64,000 nt of DNA, taken from assembly GCA_964393395.1 (NCBI GenBank), contig CAYMTQ010000003.1:2671-66670 (forward strand), in the 5' to 3' direction. Both the position numbers and the translations under genes were made by a program. Within the stretch, counting starts at the first letter, position 1; every line of letters begins with the position of its first letter. Origin of the DNA: an uncultured Sangeribacter sp. (GTDB taxonomy: Bacteria; Bacteroidota; Bacteroidia; Bacteroidales; Muribaculaceae). Of this stretch, positions 55,712 through 64,000 are shown piece after piece. The notes beneath the pieces are model-generated. The model ran no database searches and was not told where the DNA came from. It saw only the letters and a list, made by a program, of their open reading frames with translations.

Positions 55712-57079
55712 ATGTCAAAAGTTTTCTTCACACTTAGAAAAACACTGAAGAACTATGCCAACGGTGGCAATGTCCTGATTTTCGCCACAATACTCGCGTT
55801 GCTCGTAGTCAATCTTCCGTTTACCCACGATTTCTACAATGGATTGTGGACACATCCGATGGCCCTCCAGATCGGATCGTTCAATCTTTTCAGCCACAAC
55901 GGTCATGCGATGTCGGTGATGGATTTCATCAACGATGCGCTGATGGCTGTATTCTTCTTTTCAGTCGGTCTCGAGATCAAGCGCGAAGTGCTTGTCGGTG
56001 AGCTCTCTTCATTCCGTCAGGCCCTTCTCCCGATCATAGCGGCGATCGGTGGCATGGGAATCCCTGTGCTGATCTTCTTCATCATGGGCCATGGTTCCGA
56101 TTATATCGGTGGAGCAGCCATCCCGATGGCTACTGATATTGCATTCTCTCTCGGAGTTCTTGCGATGCTCGGCAACAGAGTGCCTATTTCCCTGAAGATC
56201 TTCCTGACAACCTTGGCGGTCGTCGATGATATAGGGGGCATTCTGGTGATCGCGATATTCTATTCGTCCCACATCAATTACTGGATGCTGCTGGCCGCAG
56301 CCGGAATCCTTGTCGTCCTCTTCCTCGGAGACCGTCTCGGAATCAAGACAAAGATATTCTATATAGTTCTCGGAACAGTGGTCTGGTTCCTCTTCCTTAA
56401 TGCCGGAATACATCCCACAATCGCCGGTGTTCTGGTTGCTTTCTGTGTGCCTGCTACTCCGGTCAACGCTCCCCGTTGTTTCGTGCAGACAATCAGGCGC
56501 AACATTGCCCATTTCGCACAGGAGGATGACCACAAGCTCAATTCCCGCACCATTCTTGACCACGATCAGATGAACTGGCTGAAAGAGATCGAGACGGCTT
56601 CGGACAAGGTCATCTCGCCCCTTCAGGATCTCGAAGATACCCTCCATCCTGTCGTCAATTATTTCATAGTTCCTCTGTTTGCATTCGCCAATGCCGGAAT
56701 ATATTTCGGCGACATGCAGGCTTCGGCTATTGTGAGCGGTGTCAGTCTCGCGATCATTCTCGGACTCGTTTTGGGAAAATTCCTCGGAATCTTCACGTTC
56801 AGCTGGCTCTGTGTCAAACTCGGCTGGGCTCCGATGCCCGAAGGGTGCAACTGGAAGCAGATGGCATCCGTAGCCGTTCTCGGCGGTATCGGATTCACAG
56901 TCTCGCTGTTCATCGCCAACCTCTCGTTCGGAACCGGAGACCCCTATATGTCCGAACTGCTGAATGATTCCAAACTCGGAATCCTCGTCGGCTCCCTTCT
57001 TGCCGGAGTTCTCGGCTGGGCTTTCCTTCACGCAACACTTCCGAAGACAGTCGCTGATCAGGGAGATGACGAAGAATAA
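55712..57079 (+). CDS. nhaA: Na+/H+ antiporter NhaA
   Basis: INDALMAVFFFSVGLEIKREVLVGEL and LAVVDDIGGILVIAIFY (the conserved DD pair) are NhaA signatures. The first ATG is at 55712. Confidence 0.93.
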   Translation: MSKVFFTLRKTLKNYANGGNVLIFATILALLVVNLPFTHDFYNGLWTHPMALQIGSFNLFSHNGHAMSVMDFINDALMAVFFFSVGLEIKREVLVGELSSFRQALLPIIAAIGGMGIPVLIFFIMGHGSDYIGGAAIPMATDIAFSLGVLAMLGNRVPISLKIFLTTLAVVDDIGGILVIAIFYSSHINYWMLLAAAGILVVLFLGDRLGIKTKIFYIVLGTVVWFLFLNAGIHPTIAGVLVAFCVPATPVNAPRCFVQTIRRNIAHFAQEDDHKLNSRTILDHDQMNWLKEIETASDKVISPLQDLEDTLHPVVNYFIVPLFAFANAGIYFGDMQASAIVSGVSLAIILGLVLGKFLGIFTFSWLCVKLGWAPMPEGCNWKQMASVAVLGGIGFTVSLFIANLSFGTGDPYMSELLNDSKLGILVGSLLAGVLGWAFLHATLPKTVADQGDDEE

Positions 57080-58022
57080 GGAAAACGCAAATATCCCTGT
57101 CGGCCGCTTCGCTCCGTCTCCGACGGGCCGGATGCATACCGGCAACATATACGCCGCCCTGATGTCCTGGCTATCTGTCAGGAAACGGGGCGGCCGTTGG
57201 ATTCTCCGGATCGAGGATCTGGATCCTCAGCGGTCGAAACGCTCTTATGCCGAGATGATCGAGGATGATCTGAACTGGCTTGGCCTCGACTGGGACGAAG
57301 GGGGTCTTGAAAACAAAGGCCCGAACGGACCGTATGTCCAGAGTGAGAGGGGAGAGGTATATGAGAAGTATCTCCGTATTCTTGAAGAAAAAGGCCTCAC
57401 ATATCCTTGCTACTGCACACGGCAGGAACTGATGATCTCGTCCGCTCCTCATCAAAGCGACGGCCGCGTGGTCTATCCCGGGACATGCCGTCCTGCAAAT
57501 GTCGGCTCCGGAAGCAGATCCGATGTATCGGTTCCACAGCATGAGGGACGGAAGCCGAAAACACGTCTTATAGTTCCGGATCAGATTATCGAATTCCGGG
57601 ACCGGACTGCCGGGCCCCAGGCTTTCAATCTCGCGAAGGAGTGTGGTGATTTTATTCTCCGCCGGGCTGATGGTGCATGGTCATATCAGCTCGCTGTGGT
57701 GGTCGATGATGCACTGATGGGGGTCAATGAGGTTGTCCGCGGAAACGATCTTCTTCTCTCAGCCGCACAGCAGATTTATCTCTATCGGCTTTTCGGTTTC
57801 CCGGTTCCTGAATTCGACCATCTGCCGTTGCTGAAAAACGGCAGCGGTCAACGGCTCTCGAAACGCGACAGTTCGGAGAGCATGGAGGAATTGCGCAAAA
57901 AATACACGCCCGGGCAATTGCTCGGACGTGTGGCATATCTCGCGGGTCTCATGGAAGCTCCCTGTTCGGTTTCTCTCCGTGAGCTTCTCGAGTCCTTGAA
58001 TTCAGAGGATGTGCGAACTTGA
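57066..58022 (+). CDS. gluQ: tRNA glutamyl-Q(34) synthetase (GluQRS)
   Basis: GRFAPSPTGRMHTGNIYAALMSW (class I HIGH-type), a truncated GluRS catalytic domain without an anticodon-binding domain (318 aa), and LSKRD. The start overlaps the nhaA end by 14 nt. Confidence 0.88.
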   Translation: MTKNKENANIPVGRFAPSPTGRMHTGNIYAALMSWLSVRKRGGRWILRIEDLDPQRSKRSYAEMIEDDLNWLGLDWDEGGLENKGPNGPYVQSERGEVYEKYLRILEEKGLTYPCYCTRQELMISSAPHQSDGRVVYPGTCRPANVGSGSRSDVSVPQHEGRKPKTRLIVPDQIIEFRDRTAGPQAFNLAKECGDFILRRADGAWSYQLAVVVDDALMGVNEVVRGNDLLLSAAQQIYLYRLFGFPVPEFDHLPLLKNGSGQRLSKRDSSESMEELRKKYTPGQLLGRVAYLAGLMEAPCSVSLRELLESLNSEDVRT

Positions 58023-58041
58023 TTGTTGATGAAACAGCCTT

Positions 58042-59511
58042 TCAGTCAATCTCCGCATCGGGACGCAGTGTGGAAAGAGATTTCTTCCAGCGAATGAAAA
58101 GCAGACCGAAAGAGAAGGCTGTGATCAGGCCGATTCCCACGGACAGAAGGTAGGCATTCTCAAGACCGAGAGCATCCTGCATCAGTATTCCGAATCCCTC
58201 CGGTGCGAAGAAAATGTAAGTTACGGTCACGGCTGTCATGAACATCGCGGGCAAAGCTGTGATCCAGCTTGTTCTGTTATGCCGTGCGAGGTAGACGCTC
58301 AGTGTCCAGAGAGTGAAGACGCTCAGCACCTGGTTGCACCATGCGAAGTAACGCCACAAAGCATCATAAGGAAGAAGCATGATGACAAAACAGCAGACGA
58401 AAAGGGGGACGGAGACAAGAAGGCGTTTCGCCAGTTTCTTTTGCTGGATTCCCATGAAGTCGGCGGCTATCAGTCGGGCCGACCTGAGGGCTGTGTCGCC
58501 GGAGGTGATCGGAGCGGCGATCACGCCGAGGATTGCGAGTATTCCGCCGAAAGTTCCCAGCCAGCTTTTAGAGACATCATTGACAAGCACGGCCGGAGAC
58601 GAACCGCCGAGGTATTCCTGAAGCGCGTCGTAACCCCCGGTGAAGGCGACAGCCGCGGCCGCCCAGATCAGTGCGACGATTCCTTCAGTCACCATAGCTC
58701 CGTAAAATATCGGACGTGCATGAGCTTCATTCTTCAGACAGCGTGCCATCATCGGTGACTGAGTCGCGTGAAAGCCCGAGATTGCTCCGCAGGCGATTGA
58801 CACGAACATCATCGGGAAAATCGGGTTGGCGTCAGGATCGGCCTTGTGGTTATAAAAACCGTCCCAGACTTCGGGAATGGCATCGTGATGAACGAACAGC
58901 ATGACCATGATACCGACAGCCATGAAGAGGAGAGCGATTCCGAAGAGAGGATATATCTTGCCGATCAGCTTGTCGATCGGAAGGAGAGTGGCAAGCATAT
59001 AATAGGCGAAGATGACAACAATCCAGAAAATACGGTCGAGACTTTCTGGTGTCAGCATCGCGAGCAGGTCGGCCGGGTTGTAGACGAATACGGCTCCGAC
59101 CAATACCATCAGGACGAGTGCGAAGATCCGCATCACGAGTTTGATTTTCGATCCGAGTTCCTGACCGACAAGTTCCGGCAGTGAGGCTCCGCCACGTCTC
59201 AGGGAGAGCATGCCGGAGAGATAATCATGGACGGCACCTCCGAATATCGTTCCGAAGACGATCCAGAGAAATGCTGCCGGGCCGTACATGACACCCATGA
59301 TCGCACCGAAGATAGGACCGAGTCCGGCGATGTTGAGGAACTGGATCAGGAAAACTTTCCATGACGGAAGTTCGACATAGTCGACACCGTCGGCCATGGT
59401 TTTCACAGGAGTCGGGCGGGAGGGGTCAATCCCGAATACTCCGGCCGCAAACCTTCCGTATGTGAAATATCCCGCGACAAGTATGACGAGGGCAATGATG
59501 AAAGAGATCAT
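58042..59511 (-). CDS. cstA: Carbon starvation protein A (CstA family peptide/pyruvate transporter)
   Basis: 489-aa polytopic membrane protein. VFLIQFLNIAGLGPIFGAIMGVMYGPAAFLWIVFGTIFGGAVHDY is the conserved CstA N-terminal core. Confidence 0.9.
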   Translation of the reverse strand: MISFIIALVILVAGYFTYGRFAAGVFGIDPSRPTPVKTMADGVDYVELPSWKVFLIQFLNIAGLGPIFGAIMGVMYGPAAFLWIVFGTIFGGAVHDYLSGMLSLRRGGASLPELVGQELGSKIKLVMRIFALVLMVLVGAVFVYNPADLLAMLTPESLDRIFWIVVIFAYYMLATLLPIDKLIGKIYPLFGIALLFMAVGIMVMLFVHHDAIPEVWDGFYNHKADPDANPIFPMMFVSIACGAISGFHATQSPMMARCLKNEAHARPIFYGAMVTEGIVALIWAAAAVAFTGGYDALQEYLGGSSPAVLVNDVSKSWLGTFGGILAILGVIAAPITSGDTALRSARLIAADFMGIQQKKLAKRLLVSVPLFVCCFVIMLLPYDALWRYFAWCNQVLSVFTLWTLSVYLARHNRTSWITALPAMFMTAVTVTYIFFAPEGFGILMQDALGLENAYLLSVGIGLITAFSFGLLFIRWKKSLSTLRPDAEID

Positions 59512-59577
59512 TTTTCTGAAATATTGTTTTTTGAATTATGTCATGGTGCGGACGTCGATTGGACAAACAGTGTCCGG

Positions 59578-60888
59578 TTATTTACGTCCTTCTGCTGAAT
59601 AGATCCTGTTGCGCATTTCGGCGAGTGCCTTCATTGACGCTTCGTTCTTCTTCTCGAGATCAAGGATTTCGCGCGAAAGAGCATTCCGGCCGCCCGAACC
59701 GACGGCGTCGTGATATTTACGGCGGAGCTCCGAGAGTCTTGCGTCATCCCTGTTGAAGTCATTGAGCATTCCGAGATATTGTTTCATCAGGGAGCGTCCT
59801 TCGTTTGAACGGAGATCCGAATAGCTCGTGAGTTCACCGCGTCCGGGCATCATGAAATGAAAATCCACAGGTTTCGGGGGCCGCTTGGGAGTGATTCCGG
59901 CTATTGTCCGGAGCAAAGGTCTGTAGTCCGTTTCGTCATCTCTCGTCAGGGATATGTCATCGAGCCGGGCGAGTTCGATCAGCTTCGGATTGTCAGGATC
60001 AATGTTGGTCCTGGAATCGGCAAGACGATAGACATAGAGCGTCAGTTTGTCGCCCAAACGGTTACGGTCAGTTACCCACCAGCCGACACCGTTCTCCTCA
60101 TCTATGGCCATCATGAAGTCATCAAACGGAGAATTAAAGGGCATTCCGATGTTGCGCGGACGCAGATACTCCCCGTCATCGGCCGTGCGTGTGGCGACAA
60201 AAATGTCGAATCCTCCGATTGACTCATCACCGTCTGCGGCATAATAGAGAGTTGTGCCGTCGGCACACATGAACGGATAGTCTGTGTCTCCTCCCTGATT
60301 GAGGATTTCAGGAGCAGGAATCGGTTCAGACCACGATCCGTCAACAAGTCGTGAGGATTCGGTGATCCGGTAGACACCTGTCGAGTCCGGCTCGGCCCAT
60401 AAGGCAAAATTCCCGAGTTCATTGAAGAAAACCGATGAGGAAATATCTTCCCTTCCCTTCACAGGGATGCGGTCGGGACCGGCAAGCGTTCCGGCGCTCG
60501 ACGGGAGCCTTATGGCCGAGAGAAAATCGGTCGCCGGCACGGCAATCGAATCAATCACCTCAATCTCCGCGACGCTTTCGAGAGCCTGGGAGGCCAAAGA
60601 AAGCTGTCGTGAGAACAACTCGGCTTCCGGAACGGGCGCGGACTTGCCCCTTGCCTTGGCATATTGACCGTAAAGACGGGTAGCCTGGGGAAAATCATAG
60701 TTGAGGAATGCCAGCCGTCCCTGCCATAGATGCCGGGCCGGATCTTTTGAAGTCTCCAGCAACGGTTCCGCTTCTGTGAATCTCCCGGATTCAATCAGGG
60801 CTACAGCATCCTCAAGAGGCTGGTCAGCCCATAGGGAATGGGAGAAAAGAAGAAATGCGGCAGAGGCGGCAACAGTTCGTTTCGTCAT
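59578..60888 (-). CDS. Secreted protein with an N-terminal TPR-like region and a TolB/PD40-like beta-propeller segment
   Basis: Signal peptide MTKRTVAASAAFLLFSHSLWA. DYPFMCADGTTLYYAADGDESIGGFDIFVATR...RNIGMPFNSPFDDFMMAIDE resembles WD40-like (PD40) repeats. C-terminal coiled coil. Confidence 0.6.
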   Translation of the reverse strand: MTKRTVAASAAFLLFSHSLWADQPLEDAVALIESGRFTEAEPLLETSKDPARHLWQGRLAFLNYDFPQATRLYGQYAKARGKSAPVPEAELFSRQLSLASQALESVAEIEVIDSIAVPATDFLSAIRLPSSAGTLAGPDRIPVKGREDISSSVFFNELGNFALWAEPDSTGVYRITESSRLVDGSWSEPIPAPEILNQGGDTDYPFMCADGTTLYYAADGDESIGGFDIFVATRTADDGEYLRPRNIGMPFNSPFDDFMMAIDEENGVGWWVTDRNRLGDKLTLYVYRLADSRTNIDPDNPKLIELARLDDISLTRDDETDYRPLLRTIAGITPKRPPKPVDFHFMMPGRGELTSYSDLRSNEGRSLMKQYLGMLNDFNRDDARLSELRRKYHDAVGSGGRNALSREILDLEKKNEASMKALAEMRNRIYSAEGRK

Positions 60889-60911
60889 GATGAAGGTTAT
60901 AATGGGTATTA

Positions 60912-60919
60912 CAAAATTA
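60912..60919 (-). promoter_or_regulatory. -7 promoter box TAATTTTG for the TPR/PD40 gene
   Basis: The plus strand CAAAATTA lies 23 nt upstream of the ATG at 60888. Confidence 0.4.
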
Positions 60920-60951
60920 GCAATAATTTACTCTATCTCAAATATTTTTAG

Positions 60952-60959
60952 TACCTTTG
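60952..60959 (+). promoter_or_regulatory. -7 promoter box TACCTTTG upstream of etfB
   Basis: Exact TAnnTTTG match 130 nt upstream of the ATG at 61090. Confidence 0.35.
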
Positions 60960-61089
60960 CTTTCCGTAAGTGCCATTCCGGTGCTGACCGGATATTCCCA
61001 CAAGGATAACAAGTTCCTGACGCATAAAATGTTGGGACGCAGGTTATCCATCTAATTTGCATTTTAAATCTAATATAAAATACGACATC

Positions 61090-61959
61090 ATGAGTTTGAA
61101 TATCATAGTGCTTGCAAAGCAGGTGCCTGATACCAGAAACGTCGGAAAAGATGCCATGAAGGCCGACGGCACCGTGAACCGTGCCGCTCTTCCCGCGATT
61201 TTCAACCCCGAGGACCTGAATGCCCTCGAGCAGGCTCTGCGTCTCAAAGAGCAGTATCCCGGAAGCACCGTCACAGTGCTCACAATGGGACCGGCCCGGG
61301 CAGCTGAAGTTGTCCGTGAAGCTCTTTATCGCGGAGCTGACAAGGGTATCGTGCTTTCAGACCGTGCTTTCGCCGGCGCTGACACTCTCGCTACTTCCTA
61401 TGCCCTTTCTGCCGCTATCCGCAAGATCGGCGATTTCGATATCATTCTCGGTGGCCGCCAGGCAATCGACGGTGATACGGCCCAGGTCGGCCCTCAGGTT
61501 GCTGAAAAGCTCGACCTCCCCCAGATCACTTATGCCGAGGAAATCCTCAGTGCCGAAAACGGCAAAATCCGCGTGAAACGCAGAATCGAAAGCGGTGTCG
61601 AGACTGTCGAAGGTCCGATGCCGATCGTCGTAACCGTCAACGGTACCGCCGCTGACTGCCGTCCGCGAAACGCCAAGGCCCTCCAGAAATACAAATATGC
61701 AGCCGTTCCTTCCGAGGTGTCCGCAGACGAAGCCAAGAAGGCCTTCATCGAAAAGCGCCCCTATCTTGAGATCGGAGAATGGAACACCCAGACTGTCGAT
61801 GCCGACTTGAACCAGTGTGGCCTTTCCGGCTCCCCGACAAAGGTGAAGGGTATCGAGTCTGTTGTCTTCACAGCCAAGGAGGCAAGAACCGTCGAAAATA
61901 CAGACGAGGCTCTTGAAGGTCTGGTAAAGGAACTTATCGCAAATCACACAATCGGCTGA
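61090..61959 (+). CDS. etfB: Electron transfer flavoprotein subunit beta
   Basis: MSLNIIVLAKQVPDTRNV...NPEDLNALEQALRLKE...GRQAIDGDTAQVGPQVAEKLDLPQITY is the canonical EtfB. The first ATG is at 61090. Confidence 0.94.
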   Translation: MSLNIIVLAKQVPDTRNVGKDAMKADGTVNRAALPAIFNPEDLNALEQALRLKEQYPGSTVTVLTMGPARAAEVVREALYRGADKGIVLSDRAFAGADTLATSYALSAAIRKIGDFDIILGGRQAIDGDTAQVGPQVAEKLDLPQITYAEEILSAENGKIRVKRRIESGVETVEGPMPIVVTVNGTAADCRPRNAKALQKYKYAAVPSEVSADEAKKAFIEKRPYLEIGEWNTQTVDADLNQCGLSGSPTKVKGIESVVFTAKEARTVENTDEALEGLVKELIANHTIG

Positions 61960-61983
61960 GGCCGCTCAAAACAGGAATAAATC

Positions 61984-63012
61984 ATGTCAGACAAGAATAA
62001 CCTTATCGTCTATTGCGAATACGAAGACGGCAAAGTGGCCGACGTGAGCCTTGAGCTCCTCACAAAAGGTCGCCAGCTCGCCGATCAGCTCGGTATCAAG
62101 CTCGAAGCTGTCGTGGCAGGCGACAACCTGAAGGATATCGAGAAGCAGGTGATGCCTTACGGCGTCGACCGCCTCTATAAAGTCGAGGGTAAGCGCCTCT
62201 ATCCCTATACATCGCTTCCTCACGCCTCTATCCTGATCAACCTCTTCAAGGAAATCGAGCCCAGAATCGCTTTCATGGGTGCGACTTCAATCGGCCGCGA
62301 CCTCGGTCCCCGCGTCTCTTCCGCGCTCCACAGCGGACTGACAGCCGACTGCACATCGCTCGAGATCGGTGACTATACCGATGCCCGCACCGGTCAGGAA
62401 TACAAGGATCTTCTCTATCAGATCCGTCCCGCTTTCGGTGGTAACATTGTCGCAACGATCGTGAACCCGGATCACCGTCCCCAGATGGCAACTGTCCGCG
62501 AGGGGGTGATGAAGAAGGAAGTCCGCGACTCGAACTATCACGGCGAGGTGGTTGATCTCGACGTTGAGAAATACACCAAGCCCGAAGATTTCGTAATCGA
62601 TATCATCGACCGCCATGTCGAGAAGTCCAAAGTCAATCTGAAGGGCTCTCCGATCATCGTCTGCGGCGGATACGGAGTCGGAAGCAAGGAGAACTTCGAC
62701 CTGCTTCAGCAGCTCGCCGATACGCTCGGTGCTGAGGTCGGCGCAAGCCGTGCAGCTGTTGACGCCGGATGGGTTGACCATGACCGCCAGATCGGTCAGA
62801 CAGGCGTGACGGTACGTCCGAAACTCTACATCGCATGCGGCGTTTCAGGTCAGATCCAGCACATCGCCGGAATGCAGGATTCGTCCCTGATCATCTCGAT
62901 CAACACCGATCCGAACGCACCGATCAACAATATAGCCGACATCGTCATCACAGGCAAAATGGAAGACGTTGTTCCGAAACTCATCAAGTATTATAAAAAG
63001 AACTCGAAATAA
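61984..63012 (+). CDS. etfA: Electron transfer flavoprotein subunit alpha
   Basis: ...GASRAAVDAGWVDHDRQIGQTGVTVRPKLYIACGVSGQIQHIAGM is the EtfA FAD-binding signature. Confidence 0.94.
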   Translation: MSDKNNLIVYCEYEDGKVADVSLELLTKGRQLADQLGIKLEAVVAGDNLKDIEKQVMPYGVDRLYKVEGKRLYPYTSLPHASILINLFKEIEPRIAFMGATSIGRDLGPRVSSALHSGLTADCTSLEIGDYTDARTGQEYKDLLYQIRPAFGGNIVATIVNPDHRPQMATVREGVMKKEVRDSNYHGEVVDLDVEKYTKPEDFVIDIIDRHVEKSKVNLKGSPIIVCGGYGVGSKENFDLLQQLADTLGAEVGASRAAVDAGWVDHDRQIGQTGVTVRPKLYIACGVSGQIQHIAGMQDSSLIISINTDPNAPINNIADIVITGKMEDVVPKLIKYYKKNSK

Positions 63013-64000
63013 TGGCTAACTTCTATACAGACAACCCGTCTCTCAAGGCTCACCTGACCCATCCCATGATGGAGAAGATCGTTGAGCTCAAGGAAAGAAA
63101 TTTCGCCGACGCCGATAAATATGACTATGCTCCCCAGAACTTCGACGATGCCATGGACAGCTATGACAAGGTGCTCGAAGTTGTCGGAGAAATATGCGGT
63201 GACATCGTAGCCGAGAATGCCGAAGATGTCGATCATCAGGGCCCCCGCGTCGAGAACAACCGCGTGATCTATGCCGACGGAACGAAGAAGAATCTGGATG
63301 CTTGCCGGAAAGCCGGCCTGATGGGTATGGCTATGCCCCGTCGCCTCGGCGGTCTCAACTTCCCGATTACCCCATATATCATGGCTGCCGACATCGTCAG
63401 CCGTGCCGATGCCGGATTTGAGAATCTCTGGGGTCTTCAGGACTGTGCCGAGACCATTTATGAGTTTGCCGACGAGGATCAGAAGAACAAATACATTCCG
63501 CGTGTCTGCGAAGGCGAGACCATGTCAATGGACCTCACCGAGCCCGACGCCGGCTCTGACCTCCAGTCAGTGATGCTCAAGGCCACTCAGAAAGAGGATG
63601 GCTCTTGGGTTCTCAACGGTGTGAAGCGCTTCATTACAAACGGTGACGCCGACATTCACCTTGTCCTCGCCCGTTCTGAAGAGGGTTCGAAGGATGGCCG
63701 TGGTCTCTCGATGTTCATTTATGACAAGCGCAACGGTGGCGTCAACGTCCGTCGTATCGAGAATAAGATGGGTATCAAGGGTTCGCCGACATGCGAGCTC
63801 GTCTATAAGGATGCCCCTGCTGAACTCGTCGGCTCACGCCGTCTCGGTCTGATCAAGTATGTGATGGCCCTGATGAACGGTGCGCGTCTCGGAATCGCAG
63901 CTCAGTCTGTCGGTCTGAGCGAAGCCGCATACCGCGAGGCTCTCGAGTATGCCAAGGAGCGTCAGCAGTTCGGCAAGCCCATCATCGAATTCCCCGCTGT
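63012..64000 (+). CDS. Acyl-CoA dehydrogenase family protein (N-terminal ~329 aa; continues past the right edge)
   Basis: My own translation from the ATG at 63012 (TAATG overlap with the etfA stop) gives MANFYTDNPSLKAHLTHPMMEKIVELK...MSMDLTEPDAGSDLQSV...NGVKRFITNGDADIHLVLARS...ENKMGIKGSPTCELVY...GARLGIAAQSVGLSEAAYREALEYAKERQQFGKPI. These are classic ACAD motifs. The frame is open to the window end. Confidence 0.9.
   Translation, partial: MANFYTDNPSLKAHLTHPMMEKIVELKERNFADADKYDYAPQNFDDAMDSYDKVLEVVGEICGDIVAENAEDVDHQGPRVENNRVIYADGTKKNLDACRKAGLMGMAMPRRLGGLNFPITPYIMAADIVSRADAGFENLWGLQDCAETIYEFADEDQKNKYIPRVCEGETMSMDLTEPDAGSDLQSVMLKATQKEDGSWVLNGVKRFITNGDADIHLVLARSEEGSKDGRGLSMFIYDKRNGGVNVRRIENKMGIKGSPTCELVYKDAPAELVGSRRLGLIKYVMALMNGARLGIAAQSVGLSEAAYREALEYAKERQQFGKPIIEFPA

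Noticed and set aside
54026-57148. Long antisense ORFs inside lepA (54026-55129, 367 aa) and nhaA (56009-57148, 379 aa).
   Set aside because: The reasoning is the same as for the rfbD antisense ORF. The sense genes are certain, and the antisense products are low-complexity (Arg/Asp/His-rich) with no family resemblance.
1-64000. A search by eye for tRNA, rRNA, CRISPR arrays, integrase, transposase or phage genes, toxin-antitoxin pairs, restriction-modification or other defence genes, and invertible-promoter inverted repeats.
   Set aside because: None was found. All intergenic regions are under 420 nt and are accounted for by promoters, terminators, short repeats or the candidate RNA. No pair of long inverted repeats flanks any promoter region. 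GC content and GC skew were not computed.

Overview
The window reads as a densely packed, mostly housekeeping chromosomal segment of a Bacteroidales (Bacteroidota) genome. That call rests on many TAnnTTTG '-7' promoter boxes directly upstream of genes, A-rich leaders without Shine-Dalgarno sequences, a lipoprotein-type Omp85 (TamL-like), and overall gene content. I support 46 protein-coding genes, two of them cut by the window edges.

Core functions present:
- Translation: thrS-infC-rpmI-rplT, rplY-pth, prfC, lepA, gluQ.
- DNA and sugar metabolism: holB, galE, rfbD.
- Energy and transport: NDH-2, etfB-etfA-acyl-CoA dehydrogenase, nhaA, cstA.

Envelope functions present:
- A heavy-metal RND efflux operon (adaptor, pump, TolC-like).
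- An alpha-2-macroglobulin-like protein of about 1980 aa.
- TamL and AmpG.

I saw no rRNA, tRNA, CRISPR array, transposase, integrase or prophage signal. No clear-cut new defence or mobile system is visible.

The best candidates for undescribed biology are:
1. A co-directional locus at 42.1-52.5 kb: AmpG, HAD phosphatase, MBL hydrolase, a 1127-aa amidase-like protein with extreme polybasic and polyacidic blocks, GT2, a HIT/GalT-like NDP-hexose-phosphorylase-like protein and a secreted GH13.
2. An uncharacterised lipoprotein plus PorP/SprF-like beta-barrel pair at 8.6-11.8 kb.
3. An AddB-like Fe-S nuclease apparently co-transcribed with a SprT-like metalloprotease.
4. A Cys/Lys-rich domain fused to a Spy/CpxP-like protein within a stress cluster.
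5. A structured ~300-nt non-coding stretch downstream of rplT, a possible Bacteroidales-1-type RNA.
6. Several intergenic tandem or direct repeats, notably a 19-nt repeat that forms the predicted 5' end of the metal-efflux transcript.

All product calls come from motif and family recognition by eye. No database search, covariance model or folding program was run.
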